A stretch of 64,000 nucleotides of DNA from a virus. Taxonomy: Duplodnaviria; Caudoviricetes. The stretch lies in IMG/VR virus record IMGVR_UViG_3300021426_000001, one strand, 5' to 3'. The translations under genes and the position numbers were made by a program. The notes beneath the pieces are model-generated. The model searched no databases and was not told the origin of the DNA. It worked only from the letters and a program-made list of their open reading frames with translations. Numbering within the stretch: position 1 is the stretch's first letter; each line of letters opens with the position of its first letter. Below are positions 18,232 through 27,588 of this stretch, in pieces.

Positions 18232-20277
18232 TTAGCTTTCTAGGAAGATTCTAAGTACTCCATCATCAGGCAGATTTGAGGTCGATGTGCCTGCTGGATA
18301 TACCTGCACATTATTTATTCCCTGGTAGCTTCCAACGTTGTCAGATCCGCTCTTGTTAGCGAAACGTGTAGCAGATACCCCGCCGTCCATTCCAACTACC
18401 ATAGCATCGGATCTTCGGTTTCCGTTTCCAGTACCGTTGCCTACGACGAATAGAGCATTTGACTGAGTCTTGTTCCATCCGCCTATTGCTAGACCTCCTC
18501 TTCCAGTAGCAGTAGTCTCTCCAGTGAACTTGACTCCACGACCGAATGCCTGAGAGAAGTTGTATGCCTCGCAAGCATCACCCATAGCGACAGAGTAGTT
18601 ATTTGCGATGCACTTGCCATCGTCGTTATTGTAGCCACCGTAACCTATAGCTACGGAGTGATTATAAGCGCTTACTTTATTGCCTCCAGCTAGAGAGTAT
18701 AGCGCAGCAGAGCTAGTACAGCCAAAAGCGAACGAGTTATCCCAAGCCACGTTGTTATCGTTTACAGCGCATGAGTTTCCAGACACGTTGCATCCGTTAC
18801 CGATAGCGACGCACTTTCCATCATTCTGAACGGTGTTGTTGTTTCCGATATTTAGAGAAAGGCCTTCTGATCCCTTCCTAATGTATCTACCGTCAGAGGA
18901 AGACTTCGTGTAGAATGTGTTAGAAAGATCTACCCAGCCTGAAGTGTTATTTGAGCTGTCGAGATAATAGCCAAGGTATTGTCTATCAGCGTTCGGCATA
19001 GGTGCAAATGAGCCCGAGTAGTCATCCCATACCTCTTGATCAAGCTTCGCACGATCAAGATAGTTGAACATATTTGTGAACTTTAGATAATGTCCTTCGT
19101 GCTCGTCCCAGTAGCCTTCAGCGGATTGTGCGCTGTAAGAGCGTTCGATTTCTCCGTAGATCTTTCCATCAGCGCTAAGATCTCCTGCAGCCCATAGGGT
19201 TCCATCACGGTAGAAGATGAAAGCGTCACTGAGTACGTAAGATGCATCGTATTGTACGTCAGGATGGAGTCTGTGACCGTTACCGATCACCTTCAGAATT
19301 CCTCCATGAACTGGACCACGAGTCTCATTCACACCGCTGTACGGAGTCTCTCTAGTCTTGTTGCAGATTCCCTCAACAGATGCGCCAGCTCCGTGGTTCC
19401 ACCACTTGTCTCCACCATCTCCACTATCAGAGATGAAGCATGTCCATAGACCCTGAGCGTTCACGCCATAGCCGATTGCCGAACATCCTACGTTCTGAGC
19501 ATGATTTCCCTGACCCTTCGCATAGGTCCACATGCCCTCTACGTGGTTAGCTCCACCGGACACCCAGGTCTCATGACCCTCGACCATGTTCCAGAATCCG
19601 CCAGCGTCAGTACCATCAGTGTTGAAGCAGATGTTTCCGGCAGTATCAAATCTTAGATCAGGACCATTTAGCTTAGCCTGAATGGTATCATGTTCTTGTC
19701 CAGTAACAATCTGAATACCAGGTCCTTCAAGATATGATCCACCTCCGCCACCTCCCTGTCCAGGTGCACCGTTGAATGCGGAGTAAGATATGTTCTTCGG
19801 ATCTCCTTCTCCATAGTAGAAAGTTATTCTAGTTCCGCCGTTAGTATCAGCTGGATCAGTCGTCTGGTGAGAGATGGCTTCTAGACGAACTTCTGGTGTA
19901 ACGCCGTCCTTTCCGTCAGTTCCATTGGTTCCGTCAACACCATCTTTACCAGCAGGACCAACTGCGCCAGAAGTCGTCTGATTTGTATCGTACCAAGTGA
20001 CACGATCTCTACTCCACTTGAGATGAGAATTCACAGGATCGACCATCAGAAAAGGCGCTTTCCCCTCAGGTCCTCTAATGTTCATTGTAGGAGGAACATC
20101 TCTCGAATTTTCCTCATCGTAAGTCCATGAGATATCACCTCCAGCATTTACTGCTGGACGCCAGATTCCCTTTCCGGTGATTACGCCAGACAGAGTGAGG
20201 CTGAGATTCTGATTCTCCTCCTCAGAGAGCGGTACCGGGAAGTTCGTTATCAGCTTGTTAGATTCAATTTTTGCCAT
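18232..20277 (-). CDS. tail fibre with collagen-like and YadA-head-like repeats
   Basis: GAVGPAGKDGVDGTNGTDGKDG; repeated S.A.G...A units; two V.GNG..SDA neck-like motifs. Confidence 0.8.
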   Translation of the reverse strand: MAKIESNKLITNFPVPLSEEENQNLSLTLSGVITGKGIWRPAVNAGGDISWTYDEENSRDVPPTMNIRGPEGKAPFLMVDPVNSHLKWSRDRVTWYDTNQTTSGAVGPAGKDGVDGTNGTDGKDGVTPEVRLEAISHQTTDPADTNGGTRITFYYGEGDPKNISYSAFNGAPGQGGGGGGSYLEGPGIQIVTGQEHDTIQAKLNGPDLRFDTAGNICFNTDGTDAGGFWNMVEGHETWVSGGANHVEGMWTYAKGQGNHAQNVGCSAIGYGVNAQGLWTCFISDSGDGGDKWWNHGAGASVEGICNKTRETPYSGVNETRGPVHGGILKVIGNGHRLHPDVQYDASYVLSDAFIFYRDGTLWAAGDLSADGKIYGEIERSYSAQSAEGYWDEHEGHYLKFTNMFNYLDRAKLDQEVWDDYSGSFAPMPNADRQYLGYYLDSSNNTSGWVDLSNTFYTKSSSDGRYIRKGSEGLSLNIGNNNTVQNDGKCVAIGNGCNVSGNSCAVNDNNVAWDNSFAFGCTSSAALYSLAGGNKVSAYNHSVAIGYGGYNNDDGKCIANNYSVAMGDACEAYNFSQAFGRGVKFTGETTATGRGGLAIGGWNKTQSNALFVVGNGTGNGNRRSDAMVVGMDGGVSATRFANKSGSDNVGSYQGINNVQVYPAGTSTSNLPDDGVLRIFLES

Positions 20278-20292
20278 TTCTCAATTCCTCTA

Positions 20293-22866
20293 CTACGTGC
20301 CAACGTGATTTCTGATTTGAAGGAAGAAGCGCTTCATCGGAGCGTACTCTGCATACTCCGAGTTCCACCAGTCGCTATTTCCGAGTGAGCAGTCAGGACT
20401 GTTCCAGTTAGAGATTCCAGCTACGTTCTGCCATCTCCAGTTGAGTGTCGGATTAGCGTGGACGTCGTTGTCGTAACCGTTTGCGCAAGCTAGGAAGAGT
20501 CCAGTGTTGTGAACTGCCGGAATAGCGATCGCAGCGTAGTATGCTCTGTCTGATCTCAGCTCGTTGTGTTCTGGGTTGATGTGAGTTACTCGGAAGTCGA
20601 GTCTGTCGCTAGCTGACTGCTTACCAAGACTGATCGGGCCAGTGTCGCATACCCACTCGGTAGTACCAGATCCGTTGTTTCCCTCGAAGTCATACTCGAA
20701 GATTCCAAGCATGACCTTGGTGTTAGGGTAGCCAGTGTCCATCATGTAGACAGTGAAGTAAGTGTCTTCAGTGATCATGTGGTTCAGAGATACGGAGAAG
20801 AGCTGGCAGATGCAGCAGTCGCCGTTCATGCTCTGAAGATAGTCTGTGAAGTCCTGATGGGTGTTAGTGATCAGCGGGTACGGGAAGTTAGTCGTCAGCT
20901 TTCCATCTAGCTCTCTCTTCAGTCTGTTGACCGTGTCGACGACGCCCTCGACCTCCTGGTCGAGGATGATCTGCTTTCCAGAGTAGGTGAGACCGTAGCC
21001 AACATCCACGCACATCTGACCAGCAGAGTTGAATGACAGACCTGAGTTGATGTTAGCCATCAGGTTGCCGTTCTGATCGAACTTGATGCCTGAGTTTACT
21101 CCAACGTGTAGCGCAGAAGTAGTCGGGTCAGTCTTTAGACCTGCTCCGAGATTCAGATCCAGAACTGCTCTGTCTGCGCCTGGAGTCCAAGCAAGGCCAG
21201 GACCAATGTCGAAGTCTTCTGCCTTTGTGTCGATCATGTCAAGGATGTCTTCGTAAGTTGACTGAATGCTGAGAGGATTTCCTACAGTTCCATCACCCTC
21301 GATAGTGTCATCCGTAGCTACATGCTCAAGACCGCCAGAAGATCCTCCTCCAACGCATGAGTCAAGCTTCACGATCTGAAGCTTCTGAATATAGCAGTCT
21401 GTCCACTGAACCTTAGTCGATGGTGCAAAGTACAGAACCTTTCCATCACTTTCTGTAACGTGACGTACGAACGTGACTCGGAGATTGTGTCGATTGCCGT
21501 TAGCTTCAGGTCCAGACGAGTCAAGCTGATAAGCTATAGACTCGTTAGCGTTGCCATATCCAGTGTAGACCAAGACTTCATCAAGAGTATTCGAGAGATC
21601 TTCTCTATCCTGCTGATATCTGATGATGCAGTCAATGTAGTATAGACCTGGCTTCAAATAGATGTAGCCATCGTAAACCCCGTCAGGATATGGACATTTC
21701 TCTATGTGATCGATGAAGTCTCCAACATAATCTACTGCTCCACTTCCCTGTAGGCGACCCGTGCTGATGCCAAGGGTATGTCCTATGTTATCGCCAGGGA
21801 ACGGCATATAGCTCGGGCCGTATCCGCCAAGCCAGTGCTGGCAAGATTCCTTGCTGATCTCTAGGTTGAAGTGTCCCGCAGCAGAGCTAGTGATGTCGAT
21901 CGTCTTTCCAGAAGAAGTGATGTCGACATCTACCTTCACGTCTCCACTGAGACCGACAGCGTAAGAACCATGCTCTTCGTCGAAGTGTGCCTCTACTCCG
22001 TCATAGCCGTAGATGTCTGGAATGTTGATCGTCTCAACTGACAGATCGAATACTCGGTTTCCGTTCTCGTCATATCCGCTATTGACGCCTATGCTTCCGT
22101 TAGTTGAGTGAACTCTCGTGTTGTGGAAAGAGCTGACTTCGTTCCATGCTGCTGAATGTTCATGGAGAGTGTCGTAAGCGCCGTCCCACTTTCCTGAGAG
22201 ATCGTCTAGAGCGTCAGCTGGCATGTAGTCGCCCTTCAGCTGATACTTAGCGAACTCGTCTGCGAGCTCTTGCTTTCCGCTAGTCTCCGTCTTGGCGTAG
22301 ACTTCTTCCTTGGTGTAGTAGTCGTCAAGATTGAACTTATGCTGGTAATTCTCCTCTACCCAAGCAGACTGAGCATAAGCGCTCATGCCCGAAGCGTCGA
22401 ACTTGCTAGATACGTCATTCCAGCGGTCTACTGCTTCTTTCCATATTCCGAACGGAGAAGAGTCAGTTCCGTCTCCGCTGACTGGATATTGCGAAGATGC
22501 GCCGCTGAAGATGAAGTTAACGTTAGTCTTGCCCTCTACAGTATCTTTTCTAACTTCGATTCCGTAGCCGCCCACATAGTCAACGAGGCCTGGAATGTCT
22601 GACTTCTTCGCGTAGTCGCCAGAGACTGAGATCTGGTGACCATCGACTTTGATTCCGTCTCCTCCCTTATACTCTTCGATGTCCCAGTGCTGTGTCTGTG
22701 CAGACCAGGATTCGAATGCGCTCTTGTCAAGCTTTGCGCTCGTCTTCTGGATTTCTTCGTAAAGACGCTGATCCAGGCCGAGAGGCACCTTCACGCCGTC
22801 ACCAGAAAACGTGACGTCGTGTTCAACCTTGTGTATGGCCAGGATATTTCCACCTGAAACAATCAT
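20293..22866 (-). CDS. long tail fibre protein
   Basis: Repeated GDG(T)..P(L/F) motifs and beta-spiral-like G.GL repeats; late promoter upstream. Confidence 0.75.
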   Translation of the reverse strand: MIVSGGNILAIHKVEHDVTFSGDGVKVPLGLDQRLYEEIQKTSAKLDKSAFESWSAQTQHWDIEEYKGGDGIKVDGHQISVSGDYAKKSDIPGLVDYVGGYGIEVRKDTVEGKTNVNFIFSGASSQYPVSGDGTDSSPFGIWKEAVDRWNDVSSKFDASGMSAYAQSAWVEENYQHKFNLDDYYTKEEVYAKTETSGKQELADEFAKYQLKGDYMPADALDDLSGKWDGAYDTLHEHSAAWNEVSSFHNTRVHSTNGSIGVNSGYDENGNRVFDLSVETINIPDIYGYDGVEAHFDEEHGSYAVGLSGDVKVDVDITSSGKTIDITSSAAGHFNLEISKESCQHWLGGYGPSYMPFPGDNIGHTLGISTGRLQGSGAVDYVGDFIDHIEKCPYPDGVYDGYIYLKPGLYYIDCIIRYQQDREDLSNTLDEVLVYTGYGNANESIAYQLDSSGPEANGNRHNLRVTFVRHVTESDGKVLYFAPSTKVQWTDCYIQKLQIVKLDSCVGGGSSGGLEHVATDDTIEGDGTVGNPLSIQSTYEDILDMIDTKAEDFDIGPGLAWTPGADRAVLDLNLGAGLKTDPTTSALHVGVNSGIKFDQNGNLMANINSGLSFNSAGQMCVDVGYGLTYSGKQIILDQEVEGVVDTVNRLKRELDGKLTTNFPYPLITNTHQDFTDYLQSMNGDCCICQLFSVSLNHMITEDTYFTVYMMDTGYPNTKVMLGIFEYDFEGNNGSGTTEWVCDTGPISLGKQSASDRLDFRVTHINPEHNELRSDRAYYAAIAIPAVHNTGLFLACANGYDNDVHANPTLNWRWQNVAGISNWNSPDCSLGNSDWWNSEYAEYAPMKRFFLQIRNHVGT

Positions 22867-22896
22867 TATCTAAACCTGCTTTGCTATCCTATGCTT

Positions 22897-22904
22897 TATT
22901 TATA
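22897..22904 (-). promoter_or_regulatory. late promoter for fibre operon
   Basis: TATAAATA. Confidence 0.75.
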
Positions 22905-22920
22905 GCTTGGAACACAAAGA

Positions 22921-23000
22921 GGGCGCTGAGGAAATGCCCGAACCTCAGCGCCCGACTCCGCCAAAGAAGGTAAAAGCGGAGCCTAGGAGACCTTTCTAGG
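22921..23000 (-). terminator. three tandem hairpins ending in a terminator
   Basis: GGGCGCTGAGG/CCTCAGCGCCC, CTCCGC/GCGGAG, CCTAG/CTAGG. Confidence 0.6.
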
Positions 23001-23007
23001 AGATCAT

Positions 23008-23208
23008 TTAGTGCTGCGAGATGAAGTCAAGTGCAGCGCCGAGCCAGAGAGCGCCAAACATGAGAGCAGAAGCCCCGACGATGCAGCAAGCGAGCTTCAT
23101 CTTTGCGAAAGCTTCGCGAGCCATAGCTTTTCGATTTTCTGAGTTTCTCTCAGCCTGATAGAAGTCGTTCCAAGAAGTGAAGCCAGTCGGGAAATATTCT
23201 CTTGTCAT
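23008..23208 (-). CDS. small early membrane protein
   Basis: C-terminal TM; AAGGA RBS; promoter 23240-23268. Confidence 0.7.
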   Translation of the reverse strand: MTREYFPTGFTSWNDFYQAERNSENRKAMAREAFAKMKLACCIVGASALMFGALWLGAALDFISQH

Positions 23209-23239
23209 TTTGACGGTCCTTGTTGTTGGTTATGCGATA

Positions 23240-23268
23240 AATATAAGTAAAATATTACGAACTCTAAA
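23240..23268 (-). promoter_or_regulatory. early promoter variant
   Basis: GGG TTTAGA-N17-TATATT. Confidence 0.65.
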
Positions 23269-23298
23269 CCCTTTTTCTGAAAAAACTTGGAGATTCTT

Positions 23299-23775
23299 AT
23301 GGAGAAGATGAGCATCGAGAGACAGCAGAACCGAATGCTGGTTGAAGCAATCCGCAAAGTCGTGACAAATCCCAGAACGCCGGGCTGGATCAAGAATCCG
23401 CTCACAGAGGCTGTAAAAGAGGCGAAAGCGCTCAAGCCGACTGTCACTACGGCTGTTCAAAAAGAAGAGCCAGAACAAGAGTTCTGGCCGCCATACGTGG
23501 GAGCTGAGTGTGTCGATGCGCTAGATCCGAGAGACAAGTGCCTCTACAAGATCATGAGAAAGGGAATCGTGATAGATCAGATCCAGCTCTACGATGTCCA
23601 AGTCCTCAAGGGAGACAGCAAGACTCCTCCCGGAGTGATCATGCACAATGTCCCGAGCAACTATCTGAAGGCTATCAAGCCGGAGCCAGCGCCTCAGGAT
23701 CTTCAGGATCATCGTGATGTCCAAGAGGCGGCTCAAGCCCAACCTTCATCTTCCACTCCTGAACATCAAGCATAA
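23299..23775 (+). CDS. hypothetical protein
   Basis: GGAG RBS, phage-like codon usage; overlaps convergent gene by about 100 nt. Confidence 0.65.
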   Translation: MEKMSIERQQNRMLVEAIRKVVTNPRTPGWIKNPLTEAVKEAKALKPTVTTAVQKEEPEQEFWPPYVGAECVDALDPRDKCLYKIMRKGIVIDQIQLYDVQVLKGDSKTPPGVIMHNVPSNYLKAIKPEPAPQDLQDHRDVQEAAQAQPSSSTPEHQA

Positions 23776-24184
23776 AGTTCATCCATACATCCACGCTAGC
23801 CTCTTCTGACGACTCACCCATGTCGCCATAGAGACGATAGTAGTACGTGTCGCCGAGTGTCTTTCTGACCCAGCCGTCGAGAAGACTGTAGATGTTTCCA
23901 GCGCCTGTCGGCGTCTTGAAGGTCTTGTCCTCTCTGACATTGTAGAACTGAAGCATGTACTGTTGATTGAACTCTATTCCGACGAGAACGAGCTCTGATG
24001 TTCCAGTGAAGTCTAGCTTGTCCATAATGTAGCACAGACAGTCTAGCAGCTCACGGTTCGACAGAGGAGCCAGGCTGTACGTGATCTCCTTCATCAAGAG
24101 ATCGTTGAAGTCGTAAGCTTCCTGCTCTTCTGGCGAAAGGTCATCCTCGCCCTCGTAGTCATCTTCTTCAAAATCTTCTCTCAT
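23675..24184 (-). CDS. acidic hypothetical protein
   Basis: ATGA-coupled to gp14. Confidence 0.65.
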   Translation of the reverse strand: MREDFEEDDYEGEDDLSPEEQEAYDFNDLLMKEITYSLAPLSNRELLDCLCYIMDKLDFTGTSELVLVGIEFNQQYMLQFYNVREDKTFKTPTGAGNIYSLLDGWVRKTLGDTYYYRLYGDMGESSEEASVDVWMNFMLDVQEWKMKVGLEPPLGHHDDPEDPEALAPA

Positions 24185-24936
24185 GGCAGCTCGTCTGATC
24201 TGAACTTGTACTCCCAGTCGAACAGGTCGACATGGTCCTTGTCGGGAACATCTTTCTGTTCCAGTCTGAGTATGTCTGGTGTAGGTCTGTCAGCGTCAAG
24301 GCCTATAGACGGAGCGACTTCACGGATCGGATCATCATCTGGGATCGTCGGATTCTGGAGGACTGGTCTCTTCAAGTCTTTGTAGACTCTCATCGTGATG
24401 GTGCTGTATCTGGAGTTTAGACCGAAAGCCTCTTCGTACTGCTTCACGTCCACGATCTCGTAGAAAGTGCCGTTGTTGGGAATTCTGACGATGTCTCCGA
24501 TTCTCGGCGTGATCGCTTCATCTTTGTAGACTTCTGGCGTGTTTCGATCTGCTCCGCCGTAAGTGGAGAAGTACTTGAAAGCAGCGTTAGCAACGTATAC
24601 CTGCACAACGTCCTCGCCCCAGATGCCCTGCAGCTGGTAGGTGCGAACGTTCGGAGGCAGCTGTGTCACATAGCCCATGAACCAGAAAGCTCTCTCGATA
24701 GACTCTAGCTGATCCTCGCCGAAGAGCGGATCACGATGTGTGCAGACATGGACTGCGTAGTAAGCCATCTTGAGACCGTAGAGATCGATCCCCTCGATAG
24801 AGACTCGCTCTGAGTTCGCTGTGTCTGGCTCTGAGACGTTCTTTCCGTCATCAGTTCCGCACGGATCGGGCAGCTCCCTCACTGTGCTGCACAGCCACGG
24901 CTGCTCGAAGATTCCTCTATCTTGTCCATATCCCAT
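24181..24936 (-). CDS. gp14: neck protein (T4 gp14-like)
   Basis: IDLYG...YY...DPLFGED, P.IGD.V.IP..FYEI..V. Confidence 0.7.
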   Translation of the reverse strand: MGYGQDRGIFEQPWLCSTVRELPDPCGTDDGKNVSEPDTANSERVSIEGIDLYGLKMAYYAVHVCTHRDPLFGEDQLESIERAFWFMGYVTQLPPNVRTYQLQGIWGEDVVQVYVANAAFKYFSTYGGADRNTPEVYKDEAITPRIGDIVRIPNNGTFYEIVDVKQYEEAFGLNSRYSTITMRVYKDLKRPVLQNPTIPDDDPIREVAPSIGLDADRPTPDILRLEQKDVPDKDHVDLFDWEYKFRSDELP

Positions 24937-24939
24937 AGA

Positions 24940-25497
24940 TCACTCCTGCTTGGATTTCTCTCCGAAGACGATCTGATTGACGACGGATCCGAGAAGGATT
25001 GACAGTATTCTCGGGCTGACTCCCTTGACCTGACGGTTCACGTCCCTGAGACAGCATACTCTAGCGACGACTGGAGTGTCGAGAATCTCTCTGTTCTTCT
25101 TCTCTCCCTCTGCCATTCTGTCGAAGAACGGCTTGAACTCGCCAGTCTTGAGCTCTTCAAGCTCTCTGCTGAACTCTACCGCGTTCTCTTCCACCGAGAC
25201 AGATCCGTCCTTGCGGAACTTGATCTTTCCCATGTTGTCGCGGTCAGCGTGCTTCTCCAGGAGACCAGCCTCGGCTCTCTTCCAGTCTTCCCACTGCTCG
25301 TCTCTCTCTTTGCTCCATAGAGATCCGACAGTCTTCTCGTACCAGTCTGCTAAGATTCCCTCGTTGATAGAGATCGCGAGTCCGACGACCGGATCCTCGC
25401 ACGGCTGATCGAGACTAGATCTGCACCAGTCGTAGAAGTTGAGAAGTCCCTGAGTCACTATCTTGAGATTCGCCATCTCCAGAAATTCATTTTTCAT
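24940..25497 (-). CDS. hypothetical protein
   Basis: ORF with GAGGA RBS. Confidence 0.7.
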   Translation of the reverse strand: MKNEFLEMANLKIVTQGLLNFYDWCRSSLDQPCEDPVVGLAISINEGILADWYEKTVGSLWSKERDEQWEDWKRAEAGLLEKHADRDNMGKIKFRKDGSVSVEENAVEFSRELEELKTGEFKPFFDRMAEGEKKNREILDTPVVARVCCLRDVNRQVKGVSPRILSILLGSVVNQIVFGEKSKQE

Positions 25498-25564
25498 AGT
25501 TTCCTCTACATTCAGTTTATTCTGAATATATATAGAAACTTTTTGGACCCAGTCAACTTCGCAG

Positions 25565-25780
25565 TCACTTCTGATCGTACTCTCTTATCACAGTTCTCTT
25601 GTCTCCGCCCTTGAGCTTGAGATACTCAGAGACGTACTTCTCAGCTGCTTCGAGTGTCGGAAGCCACGGATGAAGAAGATGCTCCCACCAGAAGAAGTAC
25701 TTCCTCTCCACGTGATAGCAGACTTGGACTTCACTGTCGGTAGATCCCATCTCCTCGACTTTTACTATTCTCAGCTTCAC
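25565..25780 (-). CDS. hypothetical protein
   Basis: GTGA-coupled; Y.VERK.FFWW. Confidence 0.65.
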   Translation of the reverse strand: MKLRIVKVEEMGSTDSEVQVCYHVERKYFFWWEHLLHPWLPTLEAAEKYVSEYLKLKGGDKRTVIREYDQK

Positions 25781-26154
25781 TTATCATCCTCCATCTTCTT
25801 CAACTCGTTGAAGTACTTCTTTCCGTATCTCTTCACGATCCAGTAGTCCACGTACTTCTGATAGTCTTCAGCAGAGATCTCGTACAGCTTTTTAGCGTAG
25901 ACTGGATTGATGAAGGTGCCGAAACAGGTCAAGCACATTCCGTTATAGAGCCAAGCCTCTGGTCCGCCATAGTCTATGTCTCCAGTCCAGTAAGCGTGAC
26001 CCTCCTGAAGGTCTTTCCTTTCGACTAGCTTTCCGAGTTCGATCTTCGGCTTACTAGTGTTGGATTTCTCGCGCTTCTTAAACCACTTCTCTAGCTTCTG
26101 CTCTAGTCCGTTCTCTTCGACGAACTCTTTGTATAGCTTCAATGGTATCTTCAT
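25777..26154 (-). CDS. hypothetical early protein
   Basis: ATG 26154 after GAGG; promoter 26187-26215. Confidence 0.7.
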   Translation of the reverse strand: MKIPLKLYKEFVEENGLEQKLEKWFKKREKSNTSKPKIELGKLVERKDLQEGHAYWTGDIDYGGPEAWLYNGMCLTCFGTFINPVYAKKLYEISAEDYQKYVDYWIVKRYGKKYFNELKKMEDDK

Positions 26155-26186
26155 TTGTACCTCAATTGACAATATAAGCATTTGAC

Positions 26187-26215
26187 AATATAAGAAATGA
26201 GAGCGCATTTGTAAA
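26187..26215 (-). promoter_or_regulatory. early promoter with duplicated -10 region
   Basis: TTTACA-N17-TATATT; TTGACAATATAAG direct repeat at 26166 and 26182. Confidence 0.8.
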
Positions 26216-26222
26216 CCCTATT

Positions 26223-26815
26223 TCATCATCAACATCATCACAGACGGGAATCACGGGCGATCCCGGGCGAACATTCGTGAGGAAATAATGAGGATGTCTT
26301 GGGTATGTAGCGCCCAAAAATTTTGTGAAAAAATTTTGTAAAAAATTTTTTACAGACTAACATTTCGGGCGATTTTGCAGAAAAAAATTTTGTGGAAAAT
26401 TTTCGAAAAAATTTTGAAAAAAAATTTGCGAAAAATTCTGTGCCGTGTTACATTTGCTCCGTTTTGCGGATTTCGGGTAAAGCGGACAGTGACTTTTCGC
26501 AATTTTTTCGAAAAAATTTTGGCGCCATCTTTTCGGGAGGTCTCGGGTATTTTCGGGAATTTTACGGGAATTTTTGATAAAAAATTTTGCGAAAATCTCT
26601 GCACGGGTGAACGGGAGGTCAAGTCGCGATATAGGGCGGGATCCGAAGTTCGGGGCGCCCCATATCCCTAATAGGGTGATACAATCTTTTTGAGTTGATG
26701 ATGATGTTTCTACTGGGACCTAGGGGTTCTGGCATATATACCGGCCCGGAATCCCGCCAAGATACATGCCAGTTCTGGGAGGGTAGCGGGAGGGTATCTG
26801 GAGGTGTTCACGGGA
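26223..26815. repeat. non-coding A/T-tract and CGGG repeat locus (origin/pac/terminus candidate)
   Basis: About 10 AAAA(A)TTTT tracts, about 15 plus-strand CGGG motifs often 10 nt apart, 11-bp inverted repeat 26223-26233 / 26694-26704. Confidence 0.7.
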
Positions 26816-27385
26816 TCACACATCATCGTCTCGGGAGGGATCGGGAGTCCTGGGAGGATAGCTTCGTCTGATGATCAGAAGAGGAGGAGAAGCAGTAGGG
26901 ATGTAGACTGATCCGTTCTCTGTGCGCATGTGGTTGATCATGTGGGTGAGATCTGCTAGGTATCTATTGAAGTCGTCTGAGGATAGGGGCTCATCTCGCA
27001 TTCTACGGCCGAGCATGCGGATAGCAATAGGGTCAAGGAATCTGTGAGCTGCTAGGTCACTATCAGATAGGAGGATAGCGCCGTCATAGATAGCGCACGT
27101 GGGCCTTGAGTATCTGTTGTCGCCCACTAGCCATCTAGATATGTGGTAGAGTGTTGGGATGTATGTAGCTATCGGGCCATATCCGTATGTGAGTATAGCC
27201 CTGTACAGCTCGGCATCATCTGAGACATTCTCTCTGATGTCTCTGTTGATGTCTGCTACTAGGGCTTCTCCAGTAGCGAGGCCACTTATGGGAGTATATC
27301 GTCTGAATAGGGTGTTTGCATGGAATTGATATATGGTGTCATCCATGCGCTTGCGGCACGTGTATACGATAGTTGTCGGCTTCAT
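26816..27385 (-). CDS. hypothetical protein with atypical codon usage
   Basis: ATGA-coupled ORF of 189 aa. Confidence 0.5.
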   Translation of the reverse strand: MKPTTIVYTCRKRMDDTIYQFHANTLFRRYTPISGLATGEALVADINRDIRENVSDDAELYRAILTYGYGPIATYIPTLYHISRWLVGDNRYSRPTCAIYDGAILLSDSDLAAHRFLDPIAIRMLGRRMRDEPLSSDDFNRYLADLTHMINHMRTENGSVYIPTASPPLLIIRRSYPPRTPDPSRDDDV

Positions 27386-27588
27386 CTGGCAGTGACTCCA
27401 TTTGCTGAGTGCATATCATCTCTGTCGTCTTCCTCTTCCCAGTAGAATAGAGTGAAGGATGTGTCTGGGTAGCTGCCCTTCATGTTGAACGAGTGGGTGA
27501 TGGATTGAATATCTTCACGCTTTAGATTGCTGTTGACGAACTTCAACAAGTCTCTCGTGAATTCGAATGTCTTTGATCTGAGCTTCAT
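27382..27588 (-). CDS. hypothetical protein
   Basis: Coupled small ORF, FTLFYWE. Confidence 0.65.
   Translation of the reverse strand: MKLRSKTFEFTRDLLKFVNSNLKREDIQSITHSFNMKGSYPDTSFTLFYWEEEDDRDDMHSANGVTAR

Noticed and set aside
26224-26233. CATCATCAAC resembles the adenovirus ITR start CATCATCAAT
   Set aside because: Short low-complexity match; the polymerase is gp43-type, not protein-primed
26350-26671. Phe/Lys-rich ORFs on both strands
   Set aside because: Translations of the A/T-tract repeats; low complexity and atypical codons
26223-26850. CRISPR array or tRNA cluster
   Set aside because: No constant 25-45 nt repeat with unique spacers and no cloverleaf or T-loop motif recognised
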